Assembly: GCA_016235145.1 (NCBI GenBank)
Contig: JACRLV010000056.1
Location: 1 to 51,246 of the forward strand
Reading direction: 5' to 3'
DNA from: Planctomycetota bacterium
GTDB lineage: Bacteria > Planctomycetota > Phycisphaerae > UBA1845 > Fen-1342
DNA length: 51,246 nucleotides
The notes beneath the pieces were generated by a model. The model worked only from the letters and a program-made list of their open reading frames with translations, ran no database searches and was not told the origin of the DNA. This document shows, piece by piece, positions 26,989 through 38,022 of the stretch; the stretch's first letter is position 1; each line of letters begins with the position of its first letter. The position numbers and the translations under genes were made by a program.

Positions 26989-28230
26989 CTAGCCAAGTTC
27001 CATACGCAGCAGATTCAAGGCGGTTCGGGCCGCCCAGTGGCGGATGACGCCGCGCGGCAGCGTCTCGCCGTAGCGGATCGTCCGAGCGCGCACGCTCGCC
27101 GGGCCTGCGATGCCGAAACAGACCATGCCGACGGGTTTTTCCGGCGAGCCGCCGTCCGGTCCGGCGACGCCGGTGGTCGCCAGGGCGTAGGTACTTTCAA
27201 AAGCCGCCCGTGCGCCGGCGGCCATCGCGGCGGCGGTTTCCTCGCTCACCGCGCCGTGCCGGCGAAGCAATTCGGCCGGCACGTCGAGCCGCTTGATCTT
27301 CACCTCGTTCGCGTACGCGATCACGCCGCCGAGGAAGTAGCGGCTGCTGCCGGGCACATCCGTGAGTATCGCACCGAGCATGCCGCCGGTGCAGGATTCC
27401 GCAACACTGACCGTCTGACCCCGCTCCGCGAGCATCCGCCCCACCGCAACCGCCAGCGTGTCCGCATCTCGCCCGTAGACCGCCGGCCCGAGCCGCCGCC
27501 TGACCTCCCGTTCCTCGCGTTCCAACAGTGCGTCACACGCCTCAGCCGAGTCCGCGATGGCGTTGATCCGCACGCCGATGTCGCCCATGTCTGCCGTGGT
27601 GCCCACTTCCGGATTTCGTCCCCGGGCCATCAAATCGCTCAGTTGTTCGCCGATCTCGGATTCCGGGCGGCCGAACGTCCGGACGACGCGCGACCTCACT
27701 ACCCGGCCTTTCGCCGCCGTGCGAATTTCCGGCGCGACCTGGGCCTCGAACATGGCTTTCATCTCGAACGGCACGCCGGGCAGCGCGTAAATCGCCGTGC
27801 CGCACATTGCAATGAACACGCCCGGGGCGGTCCCGCGATCGTTCGGCAGGCTGCGCCCGCCGATGGGAACATCCGCTTGCACGCAGTTTCGCTCCGGCAT
27901 GGGGCGGTTTCGCTTGGCGAAGAACGCCCGAATCCGCTCCAGTGCCGCCTGGTCCCGCTCAAGTCGCGTGTTGGCCGCTTCGGCGAGGGCAGCCCGCGTC
28001 AGGTCGTCGTCGGTCGGTCCGAGCCCGCCGGTGACGACGACGAGATCGCTGCTGCCCGCGGACTGGCGCAATACGTCGACCAGCGGGGCGTGTTCGTCCG
28101 CGATGGTGACGTGGCGTTCCACGCGAATGCCGAGCGCCGCCAACTGTTGCGAGAGCCACGCGCTGTTCGTGTCGACGCTCTGCCCCAGCGTCAACTCCGT
28201 TCCGATCGAGATGATCCAAGCCCGCCGCAT
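26989..28230 (-). CDS. cinA: CinA-family protein (MoCF-binding domain + nicotinamide-nucleotide amidohydrolase PncC domain)
   Basis: N-terminal IISIGTELTLGQSVDTNSAWLSQQL...VVVTGGLGPTDDDLT, and C-terminal ESCTGG...GGVIAYAN..K...L.V...L...GAVSEE.A..MA. Start taken at MRRAWII. Confidence 0.92.
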   Translation of the reverse strand: MRRAWIISIGTELTLGQSVDTNSAWLSQQLAALGIRVERHVTIADEHAPLVDVLRQSAGSSDLVVVTGGLGPTDDDLTRAALAEAANTRLERDQAALERIRAFFAKRNRPMPERNCVQADVPIGGRSLPNDRGTAPGVFIAMCGTAIYALPGVPFEMKAMFEAQVAPEIRTAAKGRVVRSRVVRTFGRPESEIGEQLSDLMARGRNPEVGTTADMGDIGVRINAIADSAEACDALLEREEREVRRRLGPAVYGRDADTLAVAVGRMLAERGQTVSVAESCTGGMLGAILTDVPGSSRYFLGGVIAYANEVKIKRLDVPAELLRRHGAVSEETAAAMAAGARAAFESTYALATTGVAGPDGGSPEKPVGMVCFGIAGPASVRARTIRYGETLPRGVIRHWAARTALNLLRMELG

Positions 28231-28322
28231 CTCGCATTGCCTCCAAGGCCCCAGGGTCGTAGCCTCATTGTACGTGCCGGCCATGACGGTCGCGCGGCGA
28301 GCCGGTCAATCGAGGAACTGCG

Positions 28323-29363
28323 GTGGCTGCCAACCAATCCCCATTCGACGCCCAAATTTCCGCCGACGTTGCACGGACGGTCGTCGGCCGCACAATTTTG
28401 CCGGCACGATTCGGGCCTGCGGCGGACGAATATCATCGCGTGCGGAAGTCCTGCGGCCTGTTCGATCGCAGCGATCGCGGCCTCCTGGTCGTCAGCGGGC
28501 CGGATCGCAAGGTCTGGCTGCACAATGTGGTGAGCAACGCGGTCCGCACGCTGGATGACAACGCCGGCGCATATGCGTTTGCCCTGGATTTGCGCGGCCG
28601 GGTGCTGTTTGATCTGAGCATTCTTGTGCTGGCGGACCGCCTCTGGCTCGACATCGACGAATCGCGGATCGAGGCGGCGATCGCGCATTTCAACCGGTAT
28701 CTGATCATCGAAAAGGCTGAGGTCGCGAACGCCACCGCGCAGTGGGCACGGCTGGGCGTCGCCGGTCCGACTGTGTCTGAGGTCGCGGCCAGGCTCGGCG
28801 TCGGCAATTTCGCGGCCTGGCCGGCGCTTCAGAGTGTGTGGCTGGAGCCGGACCGCGTGCGGCTCATTCGACATGACTTCGCGGGCCTGCCGGGGCTTGA
28901 GCTCGTCCTGCCGCGCGAGGCCGCCGGGGCTTGGTGGGCACGGTTGGCGGACGAATGCGGCATTCAACCGGCGGGGCAGGAAACGCTGGACGCCCTGCGA
29001 ATCGAGTCGGGCATTCCGTGGTACGGGCGAGACATCGACGAACGCACGATCGGCCCGGAGACGGGGCAAATCGAGCGGGCGATCTCATACAACAAGGGTT
29101 GCTATCTAGGGCAGGAGGTAATCGAACGGATGCGCTCCCACGCGTCGCTGGCCCGGCGGCTGGTGCGCGTTCGGATGGTTGACGGAAGCGGGCTGGCGCC
29201 TCCCGTGGCGATGCAGCAGCAGGATCGGGAAGTCGGACAAATCACGTCGCTTGTGCCCCACCCACTCGGACAATCGTGGATCGGCCTCGGCTATCTGCGG
29301 ACGGCGGTTATGAGCGCCGATGGTCTTGCCGCCGGCGGACGCGCGGTCGAAGTCGCGCCGTAG
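28323..29363 (+). CDS. YgfZ/GcvT-family folate-binding protein
   Basis: [18 protein letters not shown]...WLHN and [46 protein letters not shown] are typical of the aminomethyltransferase/YgfZ fold. Confidence 0.88.
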   Translation: MAANQSPFDAQISADVARTVVGRTILPARFGPAADEYHRVRKSCGLFDRSDRGLLVVSGPDRKVWLHNVVSNAVRTLDDNAGAYAFALDLRGRVLFDLSILVLADRLWLDIDESRIEAAIAHFNRYLIIEKAEVANATAQWARLGVAGPTVSEVAARLGVGNFAAWPALQSVWLEPDRVRLIRHDFAGLPGLELVLPREAAGAWWARLADECGIQPAGQETLDALRIESGIPWYGRDIDERTIGPETGQIERAISYNKGCYLGQEVIERMRSHASLARRLVRVRMVDGSGLAPPVAMQQQDREVGQITSLVPHPLGQSWIGLGYLRTAVMSADGLAAGGRAVEVAP

Positions 29364-29405
29364 CGCGGCATCTCAAAGTACGGTCATGCAGGCTTCTTGT
29401 CTTTC

Positions 29406-29475
29406 CTCTGCGTTCTCTGCGTTCTCCGCGGTTCAAGAGCTTGATTTCACCGCAGAGGACGCAGAGATCGCAGAG
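29406..29475. repeat. long imperfect hairpin built from CTCTGCG repeats
   Basis: The left arm CTCTGCGTTCTCTGCGTTCTCCGCGGT (29406-29432) pairs with ACCGCAGAGGACGCAGAGATCGCAGAG (29449-29475), 24 of 27 positions, with a 16-nt loop. Weaker pairing extends to about 29392-29487. Intergenic. Confidence 0.7.
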
Positions 29476-29547
29476 AAGAAAGAACAGGCGCAGATTGTGG
29501 ACGCGCGGGGGGCAACAGCCATTTCGATTGGGCGACATACAATCGGC

Positions 29548-31686
<2,139 letters not shown>

Positions 31687-31871
31687 GCCGCGGCGTTTTC
31701 GCCTGCGTTGCACAAGCGGCGTCGATCCAGCGTTTCTCGGACGCACAGATGACGCGCGGACCGAAAAACCGCGGAATCGCTCCAATCTCGCCTGTCATCC
31801 GGCAGCCGCCCGCAGGAACTTGACATGCTAATAGATGCTGGCGGAAGGAATACCCGATACCGATCGATGGT

Positions 31872-32345
31872 GTGATCAACGTGTCTGAGCTCCAAGTTCG
31901 TCTTTGCGCCATTCGCGCCGATGAGGCTGCGATTCGAGAGGCATTGGACGGGACGGCCGCCTCGCTTGACCAGTGGTTGGGCGAGATGAACCAGGTGCAT
32001 GATCTGCTCGCGCGGGCCGTCGCGGCTGTGGACAAGGGTCGCAAGCCGCTGATTTCGGGACCGGCGCCGGCGCCCGCGGCGACTGGGCATGAGACCGCGT
32101 TGTTCACGGGCAATGCCCGGATCGGCAAGCCGGTCGAGGAGCAGGCCGCTCCCTCCGCGACGTCGGCGGAAGAGGACGCGGCCCTGCTCGCGTCGCTCGA
32201 TCCGGAGACCGCGGAAGCCGTGCAATTGCGAAGGCGGCTGTTCGGCGCCCGCAAGAGCCTGCGCGAAATCGTGGATGAAGTTCGAGCCGACAAGAAACCC
32301 GCAGCCCCGAACCCGCCGCAGCAGAAGAAGGGCTGGTGGAGTTGA
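31872..32345 (+). CDS. hypothetical helical/disordered protein (first gene of GTPase operon)
   Basis: 157-aa ORF with GTG start and coding-like composition. Its stop lies 2 nt before the next start. No recognised family. Confidence 0.55.
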   Translation: MINVSELQVRLCAIRADEAAIREALDGTAASLDQWLGEMNQVHDLLARAVAAVDKGRKPLISGPAPAPAATGHETALFTGNARIGKPVEEQAAPSATSAEEDAALLASLDPETAEAVQLRRRLFGARKSLREIVDEVRADKKPAAPNPPQQKKGWWS

Positions 32346-32347
32346 CC

Positions 32348-33376
32348 ATGAGCGAACATGCGGCGGAGCCTCGAGGGGGAAACACGATGGACGAGCCGGC
32401 GATCGATCTGGAACGGCTTCGGCGACTCAGCGCCGACGTGATCGGGAACATGCAGCAGCTCCGCACACTGCTGGATGCCCGGGCCGCGGCGCTCGAGGAA
32501 TGCCGCGAAGCGCTCGAAGGCTATGCCACCCAGCTCAAGACCGAGAGCGAGCAACTCAGCGCGCATGAGCGCGAGTTGTGCGAACGTTATGAGTCGCGCG
32601 AAGGCGAGCTGGCGGCCCGCGAAAAATCGTGCGCGGACCAGGAGCAGGCCTACGGTTCCAAGCAGGAGCAGTTGGCGGCCCGCGAAACGGGCGTGCAGAC
32701 CGCGGAGCGCTCGCTGTCCGAACGCGAGGGCGCCATCTCCACGCGCGAACAATCCACGGCGCAGCGCGAGCACAAGGTCGCGGCCGTCGAGAAACAGATC
32801 GAATCGCAGAGCGCGGAATTGGCCGCGAAGACCCAGGCCATTTCGGAAGAAACGGCCAGACTGAGCAAGCTCGACGCCGAAGTGCGTTCCGCGTCGGCGA
32901 CGATTTCCGCGCGCAGTGATGAGCTCAATCAGAAGCTCGCCAAGTTCGCCGCGGATCAGGAGGCGGCCGCCAAGCAGAAGAGCGAACTGGCCGGCCAGGC
33001 ACAGCAGATTTCAGAACAGAAGGCCGCGTTGACGCAACTGGCGGCCCAAACCGCGCAGGACCGGCAGGAAGTCGCCAAGCAGATGGCCGAAATCCGTTTT
33101 CTGCGAGAAGCCTGCGAAGCGCGAAAACGCGAGGTGGACGCGGCCGCGGAAAGCGTCGCCAGCCTCCAGAAGCAGCTCGAATCCGAACTCAAGCAGCTCG
33201 CGGAGAGCGCCAACGCTCCGGCCATGCGTTTCGTCGAAACGCAGCAACCGGCGGGGTCGGGCGCGGCGCCGGGCGCGGGCGGCCTGCCGCAGCCTCCGGA
33301 CGCCAAGCCGCGCGGATCGGCCGAGCGATTCCAGAAGTTGTGTCGCGACGCAAAACGCAAGGCGATCGGATCCTAG
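32348..33376 (+). CDS. long coiled-coil protein
   Basis: About 250 aa of uninterrupted heptad-like E/Q/A/K/R-rich sequence (ELAAREKS...QEQLAARETGVQTAERSLSEREGAISTREQS...). GGAG lies 7 nt upstream of the ATG at 32348. Confidence 0.75.
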   Translation: MSEHAAEPRGGNTMDEPAIDLERLRRLSADVIGNMQQLRTLLDARAAALEECREALEGYATQLKTESEQLSAHERELCERYESREGELAAREKSCADQEQAYGSKQEQLAARETGVQTAERSLSEREGAISTREQSTAQREHKVAAVEKQIESQSAELAAKTQAISEETARLSKLDAEVRSASATISARSDELNQKLAKFAADQEAAAKQKSELAGQAQQISEQKAALTQLAAQTAQDRQEVAKQMAEIRFLREACEARKREVDAAAESVASLQKQLESELKQLAESANAPAMRFVETQQPAGSGAAPGAGGLPQPPDAKPRGSAERFQKLCRDAKRKAIGS

Positions 33377-33394
33377 TCGGAGCGGAGCCCAGCG

Positions 33395-34387
33395 ATGGCG
33401 ATGAGACTGTTTTCCAAGCTGAGCGGAAAGGACACAAGGCCCGCCGCGCCGGACCCACGGGTCCTGCCGAAGCGGGCCGAGTTCCAGCCTTCCGCTCCGA
33501 TGAAGCCGGCGGGCGATGAGCTGGCCCAGGCGATTCAGGCGCGCCGGTTCGGGTACATCCTCGCCAACGCCGAGCGATTCGCAGCCAGCGCGCGCTATGC
33601 CGCCGCCCGAGCCGAGGCCACGAAATCCGTTGACGCGGAATTTGCTCTCGTTCCGGACGGCTTCGCAACGGTCAGCATGACGGTGAACGGCGACGGCAAC
33701 GGCGTCGAGCAGGACGTCGAGACCGCGGCGTTCCTGCTGGCCGGGCATCCCGTCACCAACGCGGAATACCAGCTTTTTGTCGACAGCGGCGGATACGAGA
33801 ACTTCGAGTTCTGGCCGGAAGAGGTCTGCGCCCACATTGTCGATTTCAAGGACCGTTCGGGCCGGCTTGGGCCGCGATTCTGGCAGGATGGCCGGCACGA
33901 CAAGCGCGTGGCGGATCATCCGGTGGTCGGCGTCTCGCACGTCGAGGCGCTGGTCTATGCGCGCTGGGCGGGCTATCGCCTTCCGACCGAAGCGGAATGG
34001 CAGATGGCCGCCAGTTGGCGCCTGCGGAGCGAGGCGAACGTCAGCCGGCGTTATCCCTGGGGCGACGCGCTCGACCTGGAAAACTGCAACATCTGGCACA
34101 GCGGGCACGGCGGAACACTGCCGGTCTCGGCCTGTCCGGGGGGCAACGCGCCGAATGGCGTGGCGCAGCTCATCGGCAATGTCTGGGAATGGACCAGTTC
34201 GGATTTCACCTGCAACGACCTCGATGGTCGGCCGATCGTCGGCGACACGCTCATGAAGACGATCCGCGGCGGCGCCTTTGATACGTATTTTCCCTGGCAG
34301 GCGACGGCGAGCTTCCGTTCCGCATCGCCTTGCCTCACCCGTGCGCACAACATCGGCTTCCGGTGCGCACTCGACGCTTTGGAGTAA
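33395..34387 (+). CDS. SUMF1/FGE-fold (formylglycine-generating-enzyme-like) domain protein, probably non-catalytic
   Basis: HPVTNAEYQLFV, HPVVGVSHVEALVYARWAGYRLPTEAEW, NVWEWT and RGGAF...NIGFRCA are hallmark SUMF1-family motifs. The C-x4-C type active-site cysteine pair of bona fide FGEs is not present before GFRC. Confidence 0.9.
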   Translation: MAMRLFSKLSGKDTRPAAPDPRVLPKRAEFQPSAPMKPAGDELAQAIQARRFGYILANAERFAASARYAAARAEATKSVDAEFALVPDGFATVSMTVNGDGNGVEQDVETAAFLLAGHPVTNAEYQLFVDSGGYENFEFWPEEVCAHIVDFKDRSGRLGPRFWQDGRHDKRVADHPVVGVSHVEALVYARWAGYRLPTEAEWQMAASWRLRSEANVSRRYPWGDALDLENCNIWHSGHGGTLPVSACPGGNAPNGVAQLIGNVWEWTSSDFTCNDLDGRPIVGDTLMKTIRGGAFDTYFPWQATASFRSASPCLTRAHNIGFRCALDALE

Positions 34388-34391
34388 CACG

Positions 34392-35300
34392 ATGTGGCGT
34401 AGCGGGGGACAGACAACCTACGAAAGCGACGCGGAAAGCGGCACGACCTGCCTGATCTGCGACACGCACAACGGGACGGGCGCCGTCCTCTGCTCGCAGT
34501 GCGCCGCCCCGTTGTCGCTCACGCTTTCGACCATCGGGGCCGAGCGGCCGCCGCGGCTGGTGACCGTGCTGGGCGACAGCAACGTCGGCAAGACGGTCTA
34601 TCTCGGCTTTTTGCTCGACATGCTCACGCAGCGGGCCCGCGGCTTCGAGGCGATCCCAAAAGGCACCAGCTCGGTCAATCTTCAGCAGATCGTCATCAGC
34701 CACATGGCCTGGCGCATGTTCCCGCCCAAGACGCCGATGGAAAGCGACCAGTGGAACTGGGCCTATTACGAAGTCTGTCAGAAGCTCGCCGGCCGCAAGG
34801 AGAAATGGGTCGATCTGATTACGCCGGACCTGGCGGGCGAAGCGATCGCCGCCGAGGTGGCGTCGCCGTCCACCTTCGGCGTGATTCAGAAACTGCTGAA
34901 CAAGTCGGCGGGTCTGCTGCTGCTGGTGGACGCGGCCCTCGCGGCCAACGGCTCGTCGCAGCCGGATTTCTTCGCGCTGAAGCTGATGAGCTACGTGGAC
35001 TCGATGGCCTCGCAGAAGCGCGGCAAGAAGATCGACAAGCCCGTTGCGCTGGTGCTGACGAAGGCGGATTACGTGCCGGAGTGCTTCGACAATCCGCGCC
35101 GCTTCGCCCAGGCCAACCTCAACCGGCTCTGGAATATCTGCGAAAGCCGCCTGGCGAATTTCGAATTCTTCGCGTCGAGCGTGGTCGGCTCCATCGGCTA
35201 CGCCGTCAATGAGTCCGATGGAATGGTCACGCCCGTACCGTTGCACACCGCGCTGCACGGGGTGTTGGAGCCGTTCGAATGGATCGTGGACAAACTGTGA
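34392..35300 (+). CDS. zinc-ribbon-fused P-loop GTPase (unassigned family)
   Basis: CLIC-x10-CSQC at aa 20-37. G1 GDSNVGKT (nt 34572-34595), G3 DLAG, G4 TKAD. The ATG lies 4 nt after the upstream TAA, with GGAG overlapping that stop. Confidence 0.85.
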   Translation: MWRSGGQTTYESDAESGTTCLICDTHNGTGAVLCSQCAAPLSLTLSTIGAERPPRLVTVLGDSNVGKTVYLGFLLDMLTQRARGFEAIPKGTSSVNLQQIVISHMAWRMFPPKTPMESDQWNWAYYEVCQKLAGRKEKWVDLITPDLAGEAIAAEVASPSTFGVIQKLLNKSAGLLLLVDAALAANGSSQPDFFALKLMSYVDSMASQKRGKKIDKPVALVLTKADYVPECFDNPRRFAQANLNRLWNICESRLANFEFFASSVVGSIGYAVNESDGMVTPVPLHTALHGVLEPFEWIVDKL

Positions 35301-36418
35301 CCGACGGGCAGGCGAATCCGCCGGCCGAAACGCCGCCCAGCGCACCTCGCACCGTGCAGGTCGAGCAGGCGGTGTTCACCTCCGTCCCTTCGCCGATGGG
35401 CCGGGGCTATCGGCTGGTCGCGGCCAGCGCCGGCGTCACCGCGGACGAAAAGCGGGAAATCACCCAGCGGGCGCCTTCGCACGGCAACCTGCTCGACGCG
35501 TCCGAGCACGGCAACGGCCTCTACAGTTTCGAGCTGCGCGGCGGACGGCGCTGCGTGCTGGCGACCTGGCACGCCGAGACGGAGCACACCGGCCGCGGCG
35601 GGCGGCGCGTGCACACGCAGGCGGCCATTCTGGACCGGGAGTCGTTCGCACAGTTCAGTTCGAATCCGATCCTGGTCGAGGACGCCGTGCGGCGGACCGT
35701 CGACCGTATGCTGATCCCCAAGGCGGATTCGCGCCTACCGCTGCTGGAGCTTCCGCTTCCCGACGCCTGCGCGCCGGACGCCGCTTCCGCCGCTCCGTAC
35801 GCGGCCGACGCCGCGCTGATCGACGCCGTGATCGCGATGACCGCGCTGCTCGTGACGGAGCGGCGGCTGATCGTGACGGACGCTCCTGACGGGAGAGCAG
35901 CGTTTCAGCGCGTAATCGAGCTGCTTCCGATCGAGCGGCGGGCCGCGCTCGACGTGGCGCTGGGAATGCGTTTCGCGCCGTCGCGGGCGGCGAGCGTGGT
36001 TTTCACGCAATGCCGCCGGGAAGAGATGGAGCGGATCGTCCGCGACCACGCCTACGAGGCCTTCACCTGGAGCGAGCCGCCGGAATTGAACATCTCCGAC
36101 GAGCTAAGCTCGTGGTTCGGGCTCGTGCATCGCACGTGGCGCGTCGAAGGGCTCGCGGCCCTGCACGCGCTGCTGGCCAAGGTCGGGCCGGAGCTCTCGA
36201 TCGAGGCCCTGACGCAGATCGGCCGCCTGATGATCGACATCGGCCGCATCGAGACCGTCCCGTCCGACCGCCTCGACGACGTGCTCGAACGCCACCTGCC
36301 CTTCGTCCGCCGCAACGAGCTGCAAACGTCGCTGCACCTGAAGCTGATGCAAGCCGCGGAAACCCGCCGCCGGCACTGCACCAGCCTGATTCCGGACATC
36401 GCGATCACGCTGCCGTAG
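35279..36418 (+). CDS. hypothetical protein with GTPase-associated-protein (GAP1-N)-like N-terminus
   Basis: 379-aa ORF overlapping the GTPase stop. The alternative start GTG at 35297 forms a GTGA overlap. The N-terminus VEQAVFTSVPSPMGRGYRLVAASAGV resembles the QxxYTS...GFQ...AxSxG pattern. The rest is helical. Confidence 0.72.
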   Translation: MDRGQTVTDGQANPPAETPPSAPRTVQVEQAVFTSVPSPMGRGYRLVAASAGVTADEKREITQRAPSHGNLLDASEHGNGLYSFELRGGRRCVLATWHAETEHTGRGGRRVHTQAAILDRESFAQFSSNPILVEDAVRRTVDRMLIPKADSRLPLLELPLPDACAPDAASAAPYAADAALIDAVIAMTALLVTERRLIVTDAPDGRAAFQRVIELLPIERRAALDVALGMRFAPSRAASVVFTQCRREEMERIVRDHAYEAFTWSEPPELNISDELSSWFGLVHRTWRVEGLAALHALLAKVGPELSIEALTQIGRLMIDIGRIETVPSDRLDDVLERHLPFVRRNELQTSLHLKLMQAAETRRRHCTSLIPDIAITLP

Positions 36419-36441
36419 GCGTCGCCAACAGAATGCGCCAC

Positions 36442-36495
36442 GGCCGCCGAATATGCCCCGGCCGCCGAATATGCCCCGGCCGCCGTATTTGCCGC
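36442..36495. repeat. 18-bp tandem repeat x3 (third copy degenerate)
   Basis: GGCCGCCGAATATGCCCC occurs twice exactly (36442-36459 and 36460-36477), followed by the degenerate copy GGCCGCCGTATTTGCCGC. It begins 24 nt after the operon's last stop codon. Confidence 0.85.
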
Positions 36496-36577
36496 AGCCG
36501 CCCCCGGCTGTCGCTTCCCACATGCCGCAGCCGCATCGGAACCCCATTCTGTCATTGACGCGTCCGCCTCGGAATGT

Positions 36578-36660
36578 GGGTAGCATCGGCTTCCAGCCGG
36601 TTATTCCGAGTGGCGCCGGCGTCTCGCCGCGTTTCGGGTAGCACCGGCTTCCAGCCGGTT
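36578..36660. repeat. two direct copies of a GTAG-hairpin REP-like unit
   Basis: GGGTAGCATCGGCTTCCAGCCGGTT (36578-36602) and GGGTAGCACCGGCTTCCAGCCGGTT (36636-36660). Each contains the hairpin CCGGCT-TCC-AGCCGG. They lie between convergent genes. Confidence 0.8.
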
Positions 36661-36662
36661 CT

Positions 36663-37895
36663 TCACGGCAGCGTCTCCCCGAAATTCCCGAGCAAAATCG
36701 CGAGGTCCTGCAAATCCACGTCGGCGTCGCAATCGAGGTCGCCGTCCTGATACGAGGCCCCGCCCGGCAGGCCGAAATGCGAAAGCAGCGCCGCCAGGTC
36801 GAAGAGGTCCACCTGTTCGTTTTCGTCCAGGTCGCCAGGGATGTAAGGCGTCAGGACCGCGCCTTCGCGGTTGGGCGGATCGATGATCGCGGCGATCTGG
36901 CCGCGGTTGTTCAGCCGGTTGAAGCGGAGCCGATTCGTCTGCCCCTGCACGCAGGGGTCGATCAAATCGTCAATGACGCGCAGCCCCCGCCGCGGATCCC
37001 AGACCGCGTTGCGGATCTGGTGCGAATCAGGATGTCCCAGGATCACCGTCATGGTCATGTTGTCGTTGATGTCCAGGCCGGCGGCGCCCGTGAATCCCGG
37101 CAGGGGTGAAACCATCTGTACGAACCCTTGATCCCGCTGCCAGATGTACGCCTTGCCCTGGGTGCAGGTTCCGGTCACGTAGCCCAGGTTGTTGATTCCA
37201 AGTCCCGAAGTCGCCCATCCGCCGCCAGGCAGGTCGCCGAAAGGCTGCATACCGCGTTCTGCATCCCAGATGAAGGCCTCGCCCTGAATCGCACGCCCCG
37301 AGCCGCTGATTCCGACGACTTCGGTGCGATTGTTCATCGCGTTCGCCCAACTGATCGTCTGCCCGCCGGGCAGGTCGCCCAGGCCGATCATGCCGTTGAC
37401 GGGATCCCACAGAAATGCCTCATGGTCGCCGTTGGCGCCGACGGAATCACCGACGATCTGGTCGAGATCGTTCATGTCCCAGGGCTGGCTGTAGTAACGC
37501 GCGCCGCCCGGAATCGTCCCGATGCGGATCATGCCGTTCTCGGGCGTCCAGAAAAAACCCTCCGTCCCAATGTCAGCGTCGGCATCAGATACGCCGGTCG
37601 CATGGCCAAGGTCGTTGATGGCATACGCGGCGGACACGACGTTGCTGCCGGGAAAATCGCCCAGCGAGACCAGCCCGGTCTGCTCGGACCAGATGATCGC
37701 CAATGAAACGTCTCCCGTCGCCAAACTACGTCCGCAGACCATTCCAGATGAGTTGATGTCCGTGGTTACGCTGTAGAAATGGCCCCCGGGAAGGTCGCCG
37801 ATTCGCTGGACACGATAGCGAATCTCCGCCCGTGCGTCCGACTGAATGGCGACGATGACGCCCGCGAGCAACCCGATACTACGGCAACTAGCCAT
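36663..37895 (-). CDS. secreted HAF-family extracellular repeat protein with C-terminal dockerin-like module
   Basis: Repeated units ...INN/DLG.V.G.S......[EH][AG]F.W....GM...G.LPGG.... occur at least six times, the HAF repeat pattern. The C-terminus is GDLDENEQVDLFDLAALLSHFG...GDLDCDADVDLQDLAILLGNFG. Start taken at MASCRSIGLLAG. Confidence 0.88.
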   Translation of the reverse strand: MASCRSIGLLAGVIVAIQSDARAEIRYRVQRIGDLPGGHFYSVTTDINSSGMVCGRSLATGDVSLAIIWSEQTGLVSLGDFPGSNVVSAAYAINDLGHATGVSDADADIGTEGFFWTPENGMIRIGTIPGGARYYSQPWDMNDLDQIVGDSVGANGDHEAFLWDPVNGMIGLGDLPGGQTISWANAMNNRTEVVGISGSGRAIQGEAFIWDAERGMQPFGDLPGGGWATSGLGINNLGYVTGTCTQGKAYIWQRDQGFVQMVSPLPGFTGAAGLDINDNMTMTVILGHPDSHQIRNAVWDPRRGLRVIDDLIDPCVQGQTNRLRFNRLNNRGQIAAIIDPPNREGAVLTPYIPGDLDENEQVDLFDLAALLSHFGLPGGASYQDGDLDCDADVDLQDLAILLGNFGETLP

Positions 37896-38022
37896 GATTG
37901 ACCCTTTCCACGTACCTGCGCTGACGGTGAGCCATGTCAAAACAAACTAGATCCCATTCCACAACCGCGGACGCACATACCATCGGCCGTCGCCGCGGTT
38001 GTGGGATGGGCTCGCGCCCTGC

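Noticed and set aside
31820-31825. Perfect TTGACA upstream of the GTPase operon as its -35 promoter element.
   Set aside because: No acceptable -10 hexamer lies 16-19 nt downstream (GGAAGG/GAAGGA). A single hexamer match is not enough to call a promoter.
33395-34387. SUMF1/FGE-fold protein acting as the maturase of the sulfatase-like enzyme at 15602-17185.
   Set aside because: The FGE-like protein lacks the paired catalytic cysteines. The sulfatase-like protein lacks the C/S-x-P-x-R substrate motif. The genes are 16 kb apart on opposite strands.
36442-36495. Possible CRISPR array or other spaced-repeat locus (18-bp repeats, plus the 25-bp direct repeats at 36578-36660).
   Set aside because: The 18-mers are directly tandem with no spacers. 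The 25-mers occur only twice with one 33-nt spacer. The repeat lengths are too short and no cas genes are nearby.
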